A stretch of 64,000 bases of DNA, from positions 5,718-69,717 of the forward strand of contig JAFSMU010000014.1 of the NCBI GenBank assembly GCA_017447775.1, written 5' to 3'. Shown piece after piece: positions 26,641-36,665 of the stretch (the stretch's first letter is position 1; every line of letters starts with the position of its first letter). The notes under the pieces were generated by a model that was given only the letters and a program-made list of their open reading frames with translations, was not told the DNA's origin and searched no databases. The DNA comes from Clostridia bacterium (GTDB lineage Bacteria; Bacillota; Clostridia; Oscillospirales; CAG-272). The translations under genes were made by a program, and so were the position numbers.

Positions 26641-28214
26641 GAATGACGTCTCCTGAACCATACGACAGCGCCGACCGCCGCCGCAATAACAGGCACGACG
26701 ACGATCGTTGCGACCGTCCATGCCGTCGCCTCGCCGCTTGTAACTTCAAGCGCGGAGCTGTTTGTAAATCTTATGAAGTTTATGCCGTCAAACGAAACGA
26801 CCTCGTCGTATATCTGCCCCAGCATCCACGACATTATCGAGCGGTTGAGGAACGAGTTTGCGTAGCTTGACGTTAAAAATTCCGTCGTGCCGATGACAAA
26901 CGCATAGCTTTGCGTGTTTTCATCGTCGTTTGTGTCCCACTGGCTTGTGAAAGCGCCGATGAAGCACTCTTCATATCCGTCCTTATCTTCCGTTTCGGCG
27001 GAGCGGTACGGGTAGATCAGCGCGTCCATGCCGTATTTGCCGTTGTAGCCATGCATCGAGTCGGCGGAGCCGGAGGTCGTGTCTTTTACGTAGACGTTTG
27101 TCGGGTGGTCGAAAACCGTTTCGGGAAGCGATTTGCCGGAGGAGCCGCGCAGACCGTTTCTGAGCAGGAGCGAAAGACCTTTCTCCATTCTCGAATAGTC
27201 GGCAGTTATCTTTGCCGCCTCGGAGCTTGCAATGGAGTGGCGCGAGTCGTGTATCGCGCCGCCGTAACCGAGTCCGTACTCGGAAAGGAGCTGCGAGAGC
27301 GCCGGCAGCGTCGGCGTCGTGCTGTCGACGGCAACGATGATGTTGCCATATCCCGTCCCGAAGAATTCGCGCAGCTTCTTTACCTCGGAAGTCCCTTCCT
27401 CGCCGCGCGCCGGAACGTAAAGATCGCGCTGTGGATCGTTTATGATCACAACGCAGTTGTTATAATCGCCCGCCGCTTCAACGTCGTAGTAGTTTGAAAA
27501 GTCGTCTGTCATAAGGTTGATCTCCCTTACGACAAATCCCGCGCGTTCAAGCACCTCAACCCACGAATCCGTAAGAGTTGAAAGCGCCGGCTCGCCGTGT
27601 CCCGTAAGGTAGAATGCCACGGGGGGATTTTCGTTTTTGCCGAGCATCTGCGAGAAAGCGGAAAGGAAGCCCGCCTCTGCATTGTAACCGTAGAGCGTGC
27701 CGTCGCTGCCCGTTACAAAGAAGAAGTTTATGCCGTATTTTTTCGTCGATATGTTCTCAATCGGCTCAAAGTTTTCGTCCGCCGCTTCGATGATGACGTC
27801 GGTAACGTTGATGTTGTCGCCGTAGATCTCTTTGTATTTTTCGACAAGCGCCGGGTAGGTGCGCTCATTTATGGCTTTGAGCCGCACGCTTTTGTACGTT
27901 TTCGTTATTTCTTTGATGGTATTATACAAAATTATCGTCTGATAATCGTACGTTGCGAATTTGTCCTCATCCATCATTATGACGATGTTGAAGTTTACGC
28001 CGTCCTCGCCGCCGTTGATTTCGGCGTATTTTGCCTTGAACGCGTCGGAGAGCTTGTAGTAGTTGTCTGTCGTTAAGTCGGTGTACCATCTGTTTATCGT
28101 GCCGAGGGCCGTTACCGCCGCGTTGAACACGATGAAAAGCACTATCACAACGACGGTTATAACGGTTGCCGCCGTGCCGTATTTGAATTTTTTACTCTTG
28201 AAAAATTTATCCAT
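26637..28214 (-). CDS. GldG-like ABC-transport auxiliary protein
   Basis: N- and C-terminal TM helices bracket a large extracytoplasmic domain. It follows an ABC-2 permease and ATPase, the typical GldA/F/G arrangement. Confidence 0.6.
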   Translation of the reverse strand: MDKFFKSKKFKYGTAATVITVVVIVLFIVFNAAVTALGTINRWYTDLTTDNYYKLSDAFKAKYAEINGGEDGVNFNIVIMMDEDKFATYDYQTIILYNTIKEITKTYKSVRLKAINERTYPALVEKYKEIYGDNINVTDVIIEAADENFEPIENISTKKYGINFFFVTGSDGTLYGYNAEAGFLSAFSQMLGKNENPPVAFYLTGHGEPALSTLTDSWVEVLERAGFVVREINLMTDDFSNYYDVEAAGDYNNCVVIINDPQRDLYVPARGEEGTSEVKKLREFFGTGYGNIIVAVDSTTPTLPALSQLLSEYGLGYGGAIHDSRHSIASSEAAKITADYSRMEKGLSLLLRNGLRGSSGKSLPETVFDHPTNVYVKDTTSGSADSMHGYNGKYGMDALIYPYRSAETEDKDGYEECFIGAFTSQWDTNDDENTQSYAFVIGTTEFLTSSYANSFLNRSIMSWMLGQIYDEVVSFDGINFIRFTNSSALEVTSGEATAWTVATIVVVPVIAAAVGAVVWFRRRHS

Positions 28215-28226
28215 AGCGCACCTCCG

Positions 28227-28937
28227 TCATGACCAGCGCCGTCTTTCAAACACTCTTACCGTAAGGAAGATAAAGAGCGCTGACAAAGACAGGAAATATA
28301 TGAACGACGCCCAGTCGAACAGACCGTACATGAAGTATGTGAAACGGGACGTTACCGAGATGGCCGAGAAAATACGGCGCAAAAACTCGGAGTTGACGTA
28401 CGTATTTATGTTCTGCGCGAAAATGAGAAGCGCAAGCACCGCAACGGTGCCGAATGCGGCGAGGAACTGGTTTTCCGTCAGCGATGAGATAAACTCGCCG
28501 ATCGCGACGAATGCTGCGCCGATAAGCAATACGGCGATGACGCTTCCGATATACGTTGCCGATTCGGGCGTTCCGTACGCTTTAAGCGGGATATAGTAGA
28601 TTATCGAGGAAACGAGGAACGATCCTCCGAAAAGCGTATATGCCGCGAGGAATTTTGCCATTACTATGCCGAAAAGCGACACCGGAGCCGTTACGATAAG
28701 CTGGTCGGTCTTCATTTTTCTCTCTTCGGAAACGAGCTTCATCGTAAGAAGCGGTATTTCGATGATGCAGAGCATTATGACATAGGTAAAATAATTCTGG
28801 TAGTTCGCGCTGTCGCCCTTTTGCACGGTAAGGGACATAAATATTCCCGCCGAAACGGCGAAGAATATCGCCACGAACACGTACCCGACAGGGCCGCTGA
28901 AGAAGGCGCGCATCTCGCGCTTGTATATTGCCAACAT
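28227..28937 (-). CDS. ABC-2 type transporter permease (GldF-like)
   Basis: 236 aa with about 6 hydrophobic helices. N-terminus MLAIYKREMRAFFSGPVGYVFVAIFF. Confidence 0.75.
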   Translation of the reverse strand: MLAIYKREMRAFFSGPVGYVFVAIFFAVSAGIFMSLTVQKGDSANYQNYFTYVIMLCIIEIPLLTMKLVSEERKMKTDQLIVTAPVSLFGIVMAKFLAAYTLFGGSFLVSSIIYYIPLKAYGTPESATYIGSVIAVLLIGAAFVAIGEFISSLTENQFLAAFGTVAVLALLIFAQNINTYVNSEFLRRIFSAISVTSRFTYFMYGLFDWASFIYFLSLSALFIFLTVRVFERRRWS

Positions 28938-28947
28938 ATATGCCTCC

Positions 28948-29883
28948 TTAAACCTCGCCGCCCACGGCGGAAAGGAACACGTTTTCTATCGTTGCGCCGA
29001 CAGGTTCAAGCGAAAGTATCGGCCAGCCGTTTTGCGCCAGCATCGAGAACAGCGGCTTTCGCACGTCGATGTCTCCGGCGCTCTCTACAAGGTAAGAACA
29101 CGAGCCGTCCCCGAAATCGACGGCAACGCTCACCGACGCCACGCCGTTTATGCGTTTTATCGCGTTGGGAACGCTTGTCCTCGGTCCTTCAACGCGGACA
29201 AGCACGCGGCGGTTGCCGCGGACGGCGCCATCAAGGTCGTCTGTTTTGCAGTCGGCGACGATCTTGCCGTTGGAAATTATTATAATTCGGTCGCATATCG
29301 ACTTTACCTCGGAGAGAATGTGCGTTGACAAAATGACGGTGTGATCTTTGCCAAGCTCTTTAATAAGGTTGCGTATGTCGATGATCTGCTTCGGATCAAG
29401 GCCGTTTGTCGGCTCGTCGAATATGATGACCTCGGGGTTTCCCACAAGCGCCCCGGCGATGCCTACGCGCTGACGGTATCCTTTTGACAGATTTTTTATC
29501 ACGCGCCCCATAGCGTCGGATATCTTCACCGTGTCGCATATCTGCTTTATATGCTCTTTTTTCCCGAGCTTGCAGCATTTGAGATCGTAGATGAATTCAA
29601 GATAATCCCTTACCGTCATATCGACGTAAAGCGGCGGCACCTCGGGAAGATATCCTATCTTCTTTTTTACCTCCGTCGGATGTTCGAGAATATCCATCCC
29701 GTCGACCTCGGCCCTTCCGGACGTTGACGAGAGGTAGCCCGTTAAAATACTCATCGTCGTTGTTTTTCCCGCGCCATTCGGCCCGAGGAAGCCGACGATC
29801 TCGCCGCGCTCAACGGTAAAGGAAACGTCGTTTATCGCGTACCTTTCACCGTATTTTTTCGTAAGATGCTCAATTTTTATCAT
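28948..29883 (-). CDS. ABC transporter ATP-binding protein
   Basis: Walker A GPNGAGKTT, signature LSKGYRQR, Walker B IIFDEPTNGLD. The start is at ATG 29883. Confidence 0.9.
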   Translation of the reverse strand: MIKIEHLTKKYGERYAINDVSFTVERGEIVGFLGPNGAGKTTTMSILTGYLSSTSGRAEVDGMDILEHPTEVKKKIGYLPEVPPLYVDMTVRDYLEFIYDLKCCKLGKKEHIKQICDTVKISDAMGRVIKNLSKGYRQRVGIAGALVGNPEVIIFDEPTNGLDPKQIIDIRNLIKELGKDHTVILSTHILSEVKSICDRIIIISNGKIVADCKTDDLDGAVRGNRRVLVRVEGPRTSVPNAIKRINGVASVSVAVDFGDGSCSYLVESAGDIDVRKPLFSMLAQNGWPILSLEPVGATIENVFLSAVGGEV

Positions 29884-29903
29884 TTTTTCGCCCTTTCGAG
29901 TTA

Positions 29904-30791
29904 TCAATGGATCATTTTTATTCGCTTATGGCACGTCAAGGTGCTTATCGTTTTGAACGTGCCGCCGTATTCGCCGTCGACAGTCCACGGCACGTCGTTT
30001 TCAAATTCAAAATCGACCTTTTCGGCGCGAAGCCGCAAAACGCCGGGACATTTGAACTTCGGGTCGAGCAAGCCGTGTATCGCGTCGCCGAGTTCAAACG
30101 CGTCATTGGGGAACTTGACCAAAGTTACCTCCGCCACCCCGTCGCTCAGCACGTTTTTATCGGCAGCGCCGAAAAAGTTCATTCCGCCGACGCTGCGCGT
30201 GTTTGAAACCATACCGTATATGAACTCGCCCTCGCGCCGCTCGCCGTCAATGGTGTACGCCGCCTTTATCGGTTTCAGCTTCGGCAGGCGTTTTGCCGCC
30301 TCCGTAAGATACGCCATCATACCGAATGACTGCTTTACGTCCTGCTTTGTCTGATATGCGACGTCCGTGAACGCCCCGAATGCCGCAACGTACGAAAACG
30401 CCCGCTCGCCCAGCATTCCGACGTCGTATTCGTGTTCCGTTCCCTCGGCGATTTGAAGCAGCGCCTCTTTGACGTTTTTTGAAATTTTCCGACTTGTCGC
30501 GTAATCGTTGACGGTGCCCATCGGAACGTAGCCGAGTTTTGGGGACGCGCCGCTTTTTATAACGCCGTCAAGCATTTCCGAAAACGTGCCGTCGCCGCCG
30601 CAGCAGACCATAACGTCGTATTCAGACGCGCTTTTTTGCGCCATTTTGCAAATGTCGCCCGAGGATTTTGAAAGATATACGCTGATCGGCGCGTACCTTT
30701 TTGAAAGAATCTGCACCATATCGTATATCCACTCCCGCGCCGCGCCGTCGCCCGAAACGGGATTTATCAAAAGCAATAGTTTTTCGTCCAT
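29904..30791 (-). CDS. Diacylglycerol/lipid kinase (YegS/DagK family)
   Basis: LLLINPVSGDG, VCCGGDGTFSE and the GTVNDYA motif. The start is at ATG 30791. Confidence 0.85.
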   Translation of the reverse strand: MDEKLLLLINPVSGDGAAREWIYDMVQILSKRYAPISVYLSKSSGDICKMAQKSASEYDVMVCCGGDGTFSEMLDGVIKSGASPKLGYVPMGTVNDYATSRKISKNVKEALLQIAEGTEHEYDVGMLGERAFSYVAAFGAFTDVAYQTKQDVKQSFGMMAYLTEAAKRLPKLKPIKAAYTIDGERREGEFIYGMVSNTRSVGGMNFFGAADKNVLSDGVAEVTLVKFPNDAFELGDAIHGLLDPKFKCPGVLRLRAEKVDFEFENDVPWTVDGEYGGTFKTISTLTCHKRIKMIH

Positions 30792-30825
30792 ACAATGCCG
30801 CCGTGAAATAATAATTAATGATATA

Positions 30826-30854
30826 ATTATATACCTGTTTTTGCCATAAATCAA
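30826..30854 (-). promoter_or_regulatory. Sigma-A-type promoter candidate upstream of the lipid kinase gene
   Basis: On the minus strand: TTGATT (30854..30849), a 17-nt spacer, then TATAAT (30831..30826). Confidence 0.45.
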
Positions 30855-30888
30855 GCAAAAACAAAATCGGTCAATATTTTTTTACAGT

Positions 30889-32382
30889 TTATTCTTGTTT
30901 TTCCCAGTCGAGCGCGCGGAAAACGGCCTTGTTCCAGCCTTCAAGCAGGCGCGAAACGTCGGACTTTGCCATCTTCGGCTCAAATCTGCGCTCTATCTCG
31001 CGCGTGCGGATGATCTCCTCCGCGCTGTCAAAGTACCCGACGTAAAGCCCCGCGAGCATCGCCGCTCCCGCCGCCGTCGTTTCAAGCAGGCGCGGACGCG
31101 CAACGGTAAGCCCCGTTATATCCGACTGGAACTGCATAAGGAAGTTGTTTGCGCTGGCGCCCCCGTCGACTTCAAGCTCGTACGGAACGGCGCCGATCTC
31201 TTCCATCATGGTGTCGAGAACGTCTTTCGACTGATATGCGATACCTTCAAGCGCCGCGCGCACGATGTGATTTTTCCCCGTGCCGCGCGTAAGCCCGATT
31301 ATCGTGCCGCGGGCGTACATATTCCAGTACGGCGCGCCCATGCCCGTAAACGCGGGAACAATATACACGCCCTCGTTTGACTTGACCGCCTCGGCGCACG
31401 CCTCTGACTCCGCCGCCGTCTTTATAACGCCAAGCTCATCCCTGAGCCACTGAACAACGGCGCCCGCCGTGAACACGCTTCCTTCAAGTGCATACGAATG
31501 CGAGCCGTGCAGCGTCGCCGCAGCCGTTGTTACAAGTCCGTTTTTGCTGTATATCGGCGCGTCGCCCGTATTTGCAAGAACGAAGCATCCCGTGCCGTAC
31601 GTGTTTTTCATACTGCCGCGCTCAAAGCATCCGTGGCCGAAAAGCGACGACTGCTGGTCGCCCGCCATACCCGTTATCGGTATTTTTGCGCCGTTGTACT
31701 CGAAATATCCGAAGTCGTCGCCGGAGGCAAGCACCTCGGGGAGCATCGAGCGCGGTATGCCGAACTCGCAAAGGAGCTTTTCGTCCCAGTCGTGCGTGTT
31801 GATGTTGTATATCATCGTGCGCGCGGCGTTTGTTTCGTCCGTTTTGTGCGAGCGGCCGTCCGTCAGCTTCCAGAGAAGCCACGTGTCGACCGTGCCGAAA
31901 AGAAGCTCGCCGCGTTCAGCCATTTCCCGCGCGCCTGCGACGTTGTCGAGTATCCATTTTATTTTTGTCGCGGAAAAATACGCGTCGGGGACAAGGCCTG
32001 TCGTGTGCCTGATGTATTCGGCAAGCGGCGTGTTTTTAATCTTTGTGCAGTAGTCGCTTGTTCGGCGGCACTGCCAAACTATCGCGTTGTAGATGGGGCG
32101 ACCTGTTTTTTTGTTCCACACGATCGTCGTTTCGCGTTGGTTCGTTATGCCGAGCGCCGCTATCTGCGACGGCTCGACGTCGTTTTTCATCAGCGCCTCG
32201 GTCATCACCGCGTACTGCGACGCGTAGATCTCCATCGGATCGTGTTCAACCCACCCGGCGCGCGGGTAGATTTGCGTAAATTCCTTCTGCGCCGAACCGA
32301 CAATGCGGAGCCGCCTGTCAAAAATCACGGCGCGGGCGCTCGTCGTTCCCTCGTCGAGCGCGAGTATGTACTTTTCTCTCAT
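30889..32382 (-). CDS. glpK: Glycerol kinase
   Basis: [49 protein letters not shown] and [12 protein letters not shown]. Confidence 0.95.
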   Translation of the reverse strand: MREKYILALDEGTTSARAVIFDRRLRIVGSAQKEFTQIYPRAGWVEHDPMEIYASQYAVMTEALMKNDVEPSQIAALGITNQRETTIVWNKKTGRPIYNAIVWQCRRTSDYCTKIKNTPLAEYIRHTTGLVPDAYFSATKIKWILDNVAGAREMAERGELLFGTVDTWLLWKLTDGRSHKTDETNAARTMIYNINTHDWDEKLLCEFGIPRSMLPEVLASGDDFGYFEYNGAKIPITGMAGDQQSSLFGHGCFERGSMKNTYGTGCFVLANTGDAPIYSKNGLVTTAAATLHGSHSYALEGSVFTAGAVVQWLRDELGVIKTAAESEACAEAVKSNEGVYIVPAFTGMGAPYWNMYARGTIIGLTRGTGKNHIVRAALEGIAYQSKDVLDTMMEEIGAVPYELEVDGGASANNFLMQFQSDITGLTVARPRLLETTAAGAAMLAGLYVGYFDSAEEIIRTREIERRFEPKMAKSDVSRLLEGWNKAVFRALDWEKQE

Positions 32383-33275
32383 TGTTCCTCCAAAAATGAT
32401 ATGATATCATCCGTTACTTCGTTCTTGCACGCGTCGTTGAGTATTTCGTGCCTGTACCCGCTGTAAAGTTTCATTTCGACGTTCAGCCCCGCGTCTTTCA
32501 TTCTTTCGTAAACCGTCTTGACGCCTTTTGCCATATCGCCGACGGGATCGCGGTCGCCGGAAACGATGAGATAGCGCTTTTCTTTATCGAGCATTCCCGC
32601 CCACTTTTTCGACGAGATGAATTTAAGTCCCGTCAAAAGATCGCGGTAGCCCGCCGTCGTAAAGTTGAAGCCGCAGTTTTCGTCATCGATGTATTTCTGC
32701 ACCTCGTCGTCGTTTGTGTTGAGCCAGTCAAGCGGCGTTTTGTACGTTTTTTCGGCCTTGCCGTAGACGCCCGTCGAAAGATTGCCGAGAAATTTGTTTT
32801 CCTTGCGCCGCGATGACGGCATCATGACCGTCGCAAGTGCTATCCCGGCGCCCGCCGCGGGATTAGGACCTGCCGTGCCCATAAATATATAATCGTCGGC
32901 CGTTTCTTTGTAGCGCGCCGCTATCGTGCGGGCGACGAAGGAACCCATCGAGTGTCCCATCAGCGTCAGCTTTTTGCCCGGGTAGCGTTCTTTAACCGTC
33001 TGCGCCGCTTTTACGTTGCACTCGCACAGATACGTCCAGCCGTCCTTGTCGGCAAAATGGCCGCGCACGCCTTCGCTTTCGCCGTGGCCGGGGTGGTCGA
33101 TGCCGAAAACGAGGTATCCCTTTTCATTCAGCGCACGCGCAAATTCGTCGTAACGCATAACGTATTCCGCCATGCCGTGACAAATCTGGTAAAGCGCGCG
33201 CACGTCGCCCTGCGGCTCCCAGATGTGAAGACAGACGTTTCCGCCTTCCATTTTGAGAAATTCCTTCGTTGCCAT
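32379..33275 (-). CDS. Alpha/beta hydrolase, monoacylglycerol lipase / lysophospholipase-like
   Basis: HGMAEY, nucleophile elbow GHSMGS and a C-terminal HEILND pattern. Its stop overlaps the glpK start. The start is at ATG 33275 after GGAGGG. Confidence 0.75.
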   Translation of the reverse strand: MATKEFLKMEGGNVCLHIWEPQGDVRALYQICHGMAEYVMRYDEFARALNEKGYLVFGIDHPGHGESEGVRGHFADKDGWTYLCECNVKAAQTVKERYPGKKLTLMGHSMGSFVARTIAARYKETADDYIFMGTAGPNPAAGAGIALATVMMPSSRRKENKFLGNLSTGVYGKAEKTYKTPLDWLNTNDDEVQKYIDDENCGFNFTTAGYRDLLTGLKFISSKKWAGMLDKEKRYLIVSGDRDPVGDMAKGVKTVYERMKDAGLNVEMKLYSGYRHEILNDACKNEVTDDIISFLEEQ

Positions 33276-33309
33276 AAAAGCCCTCCGATAATTGATTTCT
33301 TTTTGTAAA

Positions 33310-33338
33310 AGTATAACATATTTGATTCTTTTTTTCAA
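33310..33338 (-). promoter_or_regulatory. Sigma-A-type promoter candidate for lipase-glpK
   Basis: On the minus strand: TTGAAA (33338..33333), a 17-nt spacer, then TATACT (33315..33310). Confidence 0.45.
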
Positions 33339-33398
33339 TGATTTTTATGTAGTTTTGTGCCGCCGAGGGCAATATATCGGGAAAATCGCAAAAACTCT

Positions 33399-33427
33399 TG
33401 AAATTTTTTGCACGCAAGGTTATAATT
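33399..33427 (+). promoter_or_regulatory. Sigma-A-type promoter candidate for the aromatic amino acid operon
   Basis: TTGAAA (33399..33404), a 17-nt spacer, then TATAAT (33422..33427). Confidence 0.5.
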
Positions 33428-33469
33428 ATTTTATTATATATAAATTATCGCGCGTGTGAAGGGGCTATT

Positions 33470-34570
33470 ATGGATCTTGAAAAAGCGAGAAAAGAAATAA
33501 ACGAGGCGGACCGCGGGATCGCGGAGTTGTTTGTACGTCGTATGAACGCCGTAAAGCAGGTCGCCGCCTACAAAAAGGAGCACGGGCTTCCCGTATATGA
33601 CGCGGCACGCGAGGCGGAACTGCTTTTGCACAATTCCGAATACGTCGCCGACCCCGAGCTTCGCTCCTATTACGTCAATTTTCACAAAGCGGTCGTCGAT
33701 ATATCGAAAAAATACCAGCATAAGCTTATCGAGGGCGCGCGCGTCGCTTACAGCGGCGTTGAGGGCGCGTTTGCACACATAGCCGCGACGAGAATTTTCC
33801 CCGACGGGGGGCACATTTCCTTTTCAAGCTTTGTCGACGCGTATAACGCCGTTGTCGACGGATCGTGCGACGCGGCGGTGCTGCCGATAGAAAACAGTTA
33901 CGCCGGCGAGGTCGGACAGGTGCTTGATCTGATGTTTTCAGGCTCTCTGTTCGTGTCGGGCGTGTACGATCTTAAAATAACGCAGAATCTGCTCGGCGTG
34001 CCTGGCGCGACGATATCCGACGTGAAAACAGTCATATCTCACCCGCAGGCGCTCGGTCAGTGTGCAAAATACATTTCCGACCACGGCTTTGAGATAAAAG
34101 AGGCGACAAACACCGCGCGCGCCGCGCAAAGCGTAGCTCAGGCGGGCGATAAGTCGACGGCGGCGATAGCAAGCGCCGAAACGGCGGCGCTGTACGGACT
34201 TTCCGTTCTCGATCACGACATAAACGCGTCGGACTCAAACACAACGCGCTTTGCAGTGTTCACGCGCGCCGAAAACGAGCGCGGCGGCGACGGAAACTTC
34301 ATTCTGCTCTTTACGGTAAAAAACACGTCGGGCGCGCTTGCAAAAGCGATAGACGTGATAGGCAAATACGGATTCAACATGACAGTTCTCCGCTCGCGCC
34401 CGATGAAAGAACTTGCGTGGCAGTATTATTTCTACGCGGAGGCCGAGGGCGACTCGTCGAGCGAGCGCGGGCGCATGATGCTCTCCGAGCTTTCCTCGCA
34501 CTGCGATATGCTGAAAGTCGTGGGAAGCTTTTCGACAAAAATCAGTCTTGAAAAGGAGCTTGACGTATGA
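33470..34570 (+). CDS. pheA: Bifunctional chorismate mutase / prephenate dehydratase
   Basis: CM_2 N-terminus (LEKARKEINEADRGIAELFVRRMNAVKQVAAYK), PDT core (VAYSGVEGAFAH...PIENSYAGEV...TRF) and an ACT-like C-terminus. Confidence 0.9.
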   Translation: MDLEKARKEINEADRGIAELFVRRMNAVKQVAAYKKEHGLPVYDAAREAELLLHNSEYVADPELRSYYVNFHKAVVDISKKYQHKLIEGARVAYSGVEGAFAHIAATRIFPDGGHISFSSFVDAYNAVVDGSCDAAVLPIENSYAGEVGQVLDLMFSGSLFVSGVYDLKITQNLLGVPGATISDVKTVISHPQALGQCAKYISDHGFEIKEATNTARAAQSVAQAGDKSTAAIASAETAALYGLSVLDHDINASDSNTTRFAVFTRAENERGGDGNFILLFTVKNTSGALAKAIDVIGKYGFNMTVLRSRPMKELAWQYYFYAEAEGDSSSERGRMMLSELSSHCDMLKVVGSFSTKISLEKELDV

Positions 34571-35571
34571 TCGTGCGTGTTGATCTTGGCGAGCGCGGCT
34601 ATGATATCGTCGTTCTTCGCGGAGCGATAGCGCAGGCGGATAAGTATTTTGATCTATGCCGCCGCGCGCTCATAGTTACCGACGACGGCGTGCCCGAAAA
34701 ATACGCAAAAGCAGTTGCGGCAAAATGCAAGGACGCAAAAATCTTCACATTCCCGCAGGGTGAAGCTTCGAAAAACGCCGATACTTATTTATCAATACTC
34801 AAAGCGGCGCTCGATTTCGACCTTTCGCGCGCCGATTGCATCGTCGCCGTCGGCGGCGGCGTTGTCGGCGACATTTCCGGCTTTGCAGCGGCGACGTATA
34901 TGCGCGGAATTGATTTTTACAACGTGCCGACGACGCTGCTCTCGCAGGTGGACTCGTCCATCGGCGGCAAAACGGCGATCGACTTTTGCGGTATAAAAAA
35001 CATTGTCGGCGCGTTTTATCAGCCAAAGGCGGTGCTGATCGACCCCGACACGCTTGATACGCTCCCGCGTCGCCAGATCTCAAACGGCATGGCGGAGGCG
35101 ATAAAAATGGCGGCAACGTCCGACGCGGAGCTGTTCGGCTTGATCGAGCGCGGGTGCGATACGGAACAGATCATTTCCGGCTCGATAAGGATCAAGCGCG
35201 ACGTCGTACAGGCGGACGAGCGCGAGGCGGGACTGCGCCGCGTGCTGAATTTCGGTCATACTATCGGCCACGGCATCGAAGCGGCGGCGGGCGGCTCGCT
35301 TTATCACGGCGAGTGCGTTGCGGCGGGGATGATACCGATGTGTTCCGACGCGGCACGCGCGCGACTTATGCCGGTGCTTGAAAGATACGATTTGCCGACA
35401 AGTTGCGCCGTCGGCTCCGAAAAGATAATGCAGGCGATGATTCACGACAAAAAAGCGGAAGGCGGCGCGATAAACGTCGTTTTGCTTGATGATATAGGCT
35501 CGTTTACAATAACAAAACAAACGCCGCAGGGGATAATGTCCCGCATTAAAGCGGCTTGGGGGGATATATGA
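34567..35571 (+). CDS. aroB: 3-dehydroquinate synthase
   Basis: VAVGGGVVGDISGFAAATYMRGIDFYNVPTTLLSQVDSSIGGKTAI and NFGHTIGHGIE. Confidence 0.9.
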   Translation: MIVRVDLGERGYDIVVLRGAIAQADKYFDLCRRALIVTDDGVPEKYAKAVAAKCKDAKIFTFPQGEASKNADTYLSILKAALDFDLSRADCIVAVGGGVVGDISGFAAATYMRGIDFYNVPTTLLSQVDSSIGGKTAIDFCGIKNIVGAFYQPKAVLIDPDTLDTLPRRQISNGMAEAIKMAATSDAELFGLIERGCDTEQIISGSIRIKRDVVQADEREAGLRRVLNFGHTIGHGIEAAAGGSLYHGECVAAGMIPMCSDAARARLMPVLERYDLPTSCAVGSEKIMQAMIHDKKAEGGAINVVLLDDIGSFTITKQTPQGIMSRIKAAWGDI

Positions 35572-36665
35572 AAAACACTTTCGGCACAAGCGTTTCCGTA
35601 ACGCTGTTCGGCGAGAGCCACGGCGAATATATCGGCGCCGTCATCGACGGACTTGCCCCGGGGATAGATATTGACGAAGAATATATCTCGTCGCGCCTTT
35701 CCCTGCGCCGTCCGAGCGGTAATATATCGACCGCGCGGCGCGAAGCGGATGAATTTCGCATCGTTTCGGGCGCGTTTTGCGGCAAGACGACGGGCGCGCC
35801 GCTGTGCATACTGATCCCGAACTCCGACACGCATTCGTTTGATTACGAAGCGATAAAAACCGTCGCCCGCCCGTCCCACGCTGACTTTACGGCTTATGAA
35901 AAATATCACGGGTTTGCCGATTATCGCGGCGGCGGTCATTTCAGCGGACGACTTACGGCGGCGCTTGTCGCCGCGGGAGCGATAGCTCAAAGCGCGCTGA
36001 AAAAGCTCGGCATCGCGATAGGCACGCACATCAAAAAATGCGCCGGCGTTTCAGACCGCGCGTTTTCGGATATAGACGCCGACGTGTCGGCGCTTGAATA
36101 CGCTGATTTTGCCGTGCTTGACGTTTGCGCGGGCGAGAAAATGAAAGCCGCTATCGAGGCGGCGCGCGCCGACGGCGACAGTGTCGGGGGCGTGCTTGAA
36201 TGCGCCGCGCTCGGCGTTCCCGCAGGGGTAGGCGAGCCGTGGTTTGACGGGGTGGAATCAGCCCTTTCCCGCGCGCTTTTTGCCATTCCCGCCGTCAAGG
36301 GAGTTGAGTTCGGCGCGGGATTTGCCGTATCCGATATGCGCGGCTCCGCAGCAAACGACGAATTTTTTGCCGACGGCGGCAAAATATACACAAAAACAAA
36401 CAATAACGGCGGTCTGCTCGGCGGAATAACGACGGGAATGCCGATAATATTCTCGTGCGCGATAAAACCGACGCCGTCGATATCAAAAAAGCAAGACACC
36501 GTCGATTTTGTCAAAAACGAAAATACGACGATAAAAATTTCGGGCAGGCACGACCCCGCGATAGTTCACCGCGCACGCGCCGTTGTCGACGCGACAGCCG
36601 CGCTTGTTATATGCGATATGCTCGCACAGAGGTACGGCACCGACTACATCGGAGGCGCAAAGTGA
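35568..36665 (+). CDS. aroC: Chorismate synthase
   Basis: FGTSVSVTLFGESHG, RPSHADFTAYEKY, GGGHFSGR and GRHDPAIVHRA. Its ATG overlaps the aroB stop. Confidence 0.95.
   Translation: MKNTFGTSVSVTLFGESHGEYIGAVIDGLAPGIDIDEEYISSRLSLRRPSGNISTARREADEFRIVSGAFCGKTTGAPLCILIPNSDTHSFDYEAIKTVARPSHADFTAYEKYHGFADYRGGGHFSGRLTAALVAAGAIAQSALKKLGIAIGTHIKKCAGVSDRAFSDIDADVSALEYADFAVLDVCAGEKMKAAIEAARADGDSVGGVLECAALGVPAGVGEPWFDGVESALSRALFAIPAVKGVEFGAGFAVSDMRGSAANDEFFADGGKIYTKTNNNGGLLGGITTGMPIIFSCAIKPTPSISKKQDTVDFVKNENTTIKISGRHDPAIVHRARAVVDATAALVICDMLAQRYGTDYIGGAK

Noticed and set aside
36455-36661. The N-terminal 69-codon extension of the aroE-aroK ORF in the track (start 36455).
   Set aside because: The extension lies entirely inside aroC in another frame and is Arg-rich with no homology. 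The GTG at 36662 overlapping the aroC stop gives the canonical KYGLIGNP AroE N-terminus.
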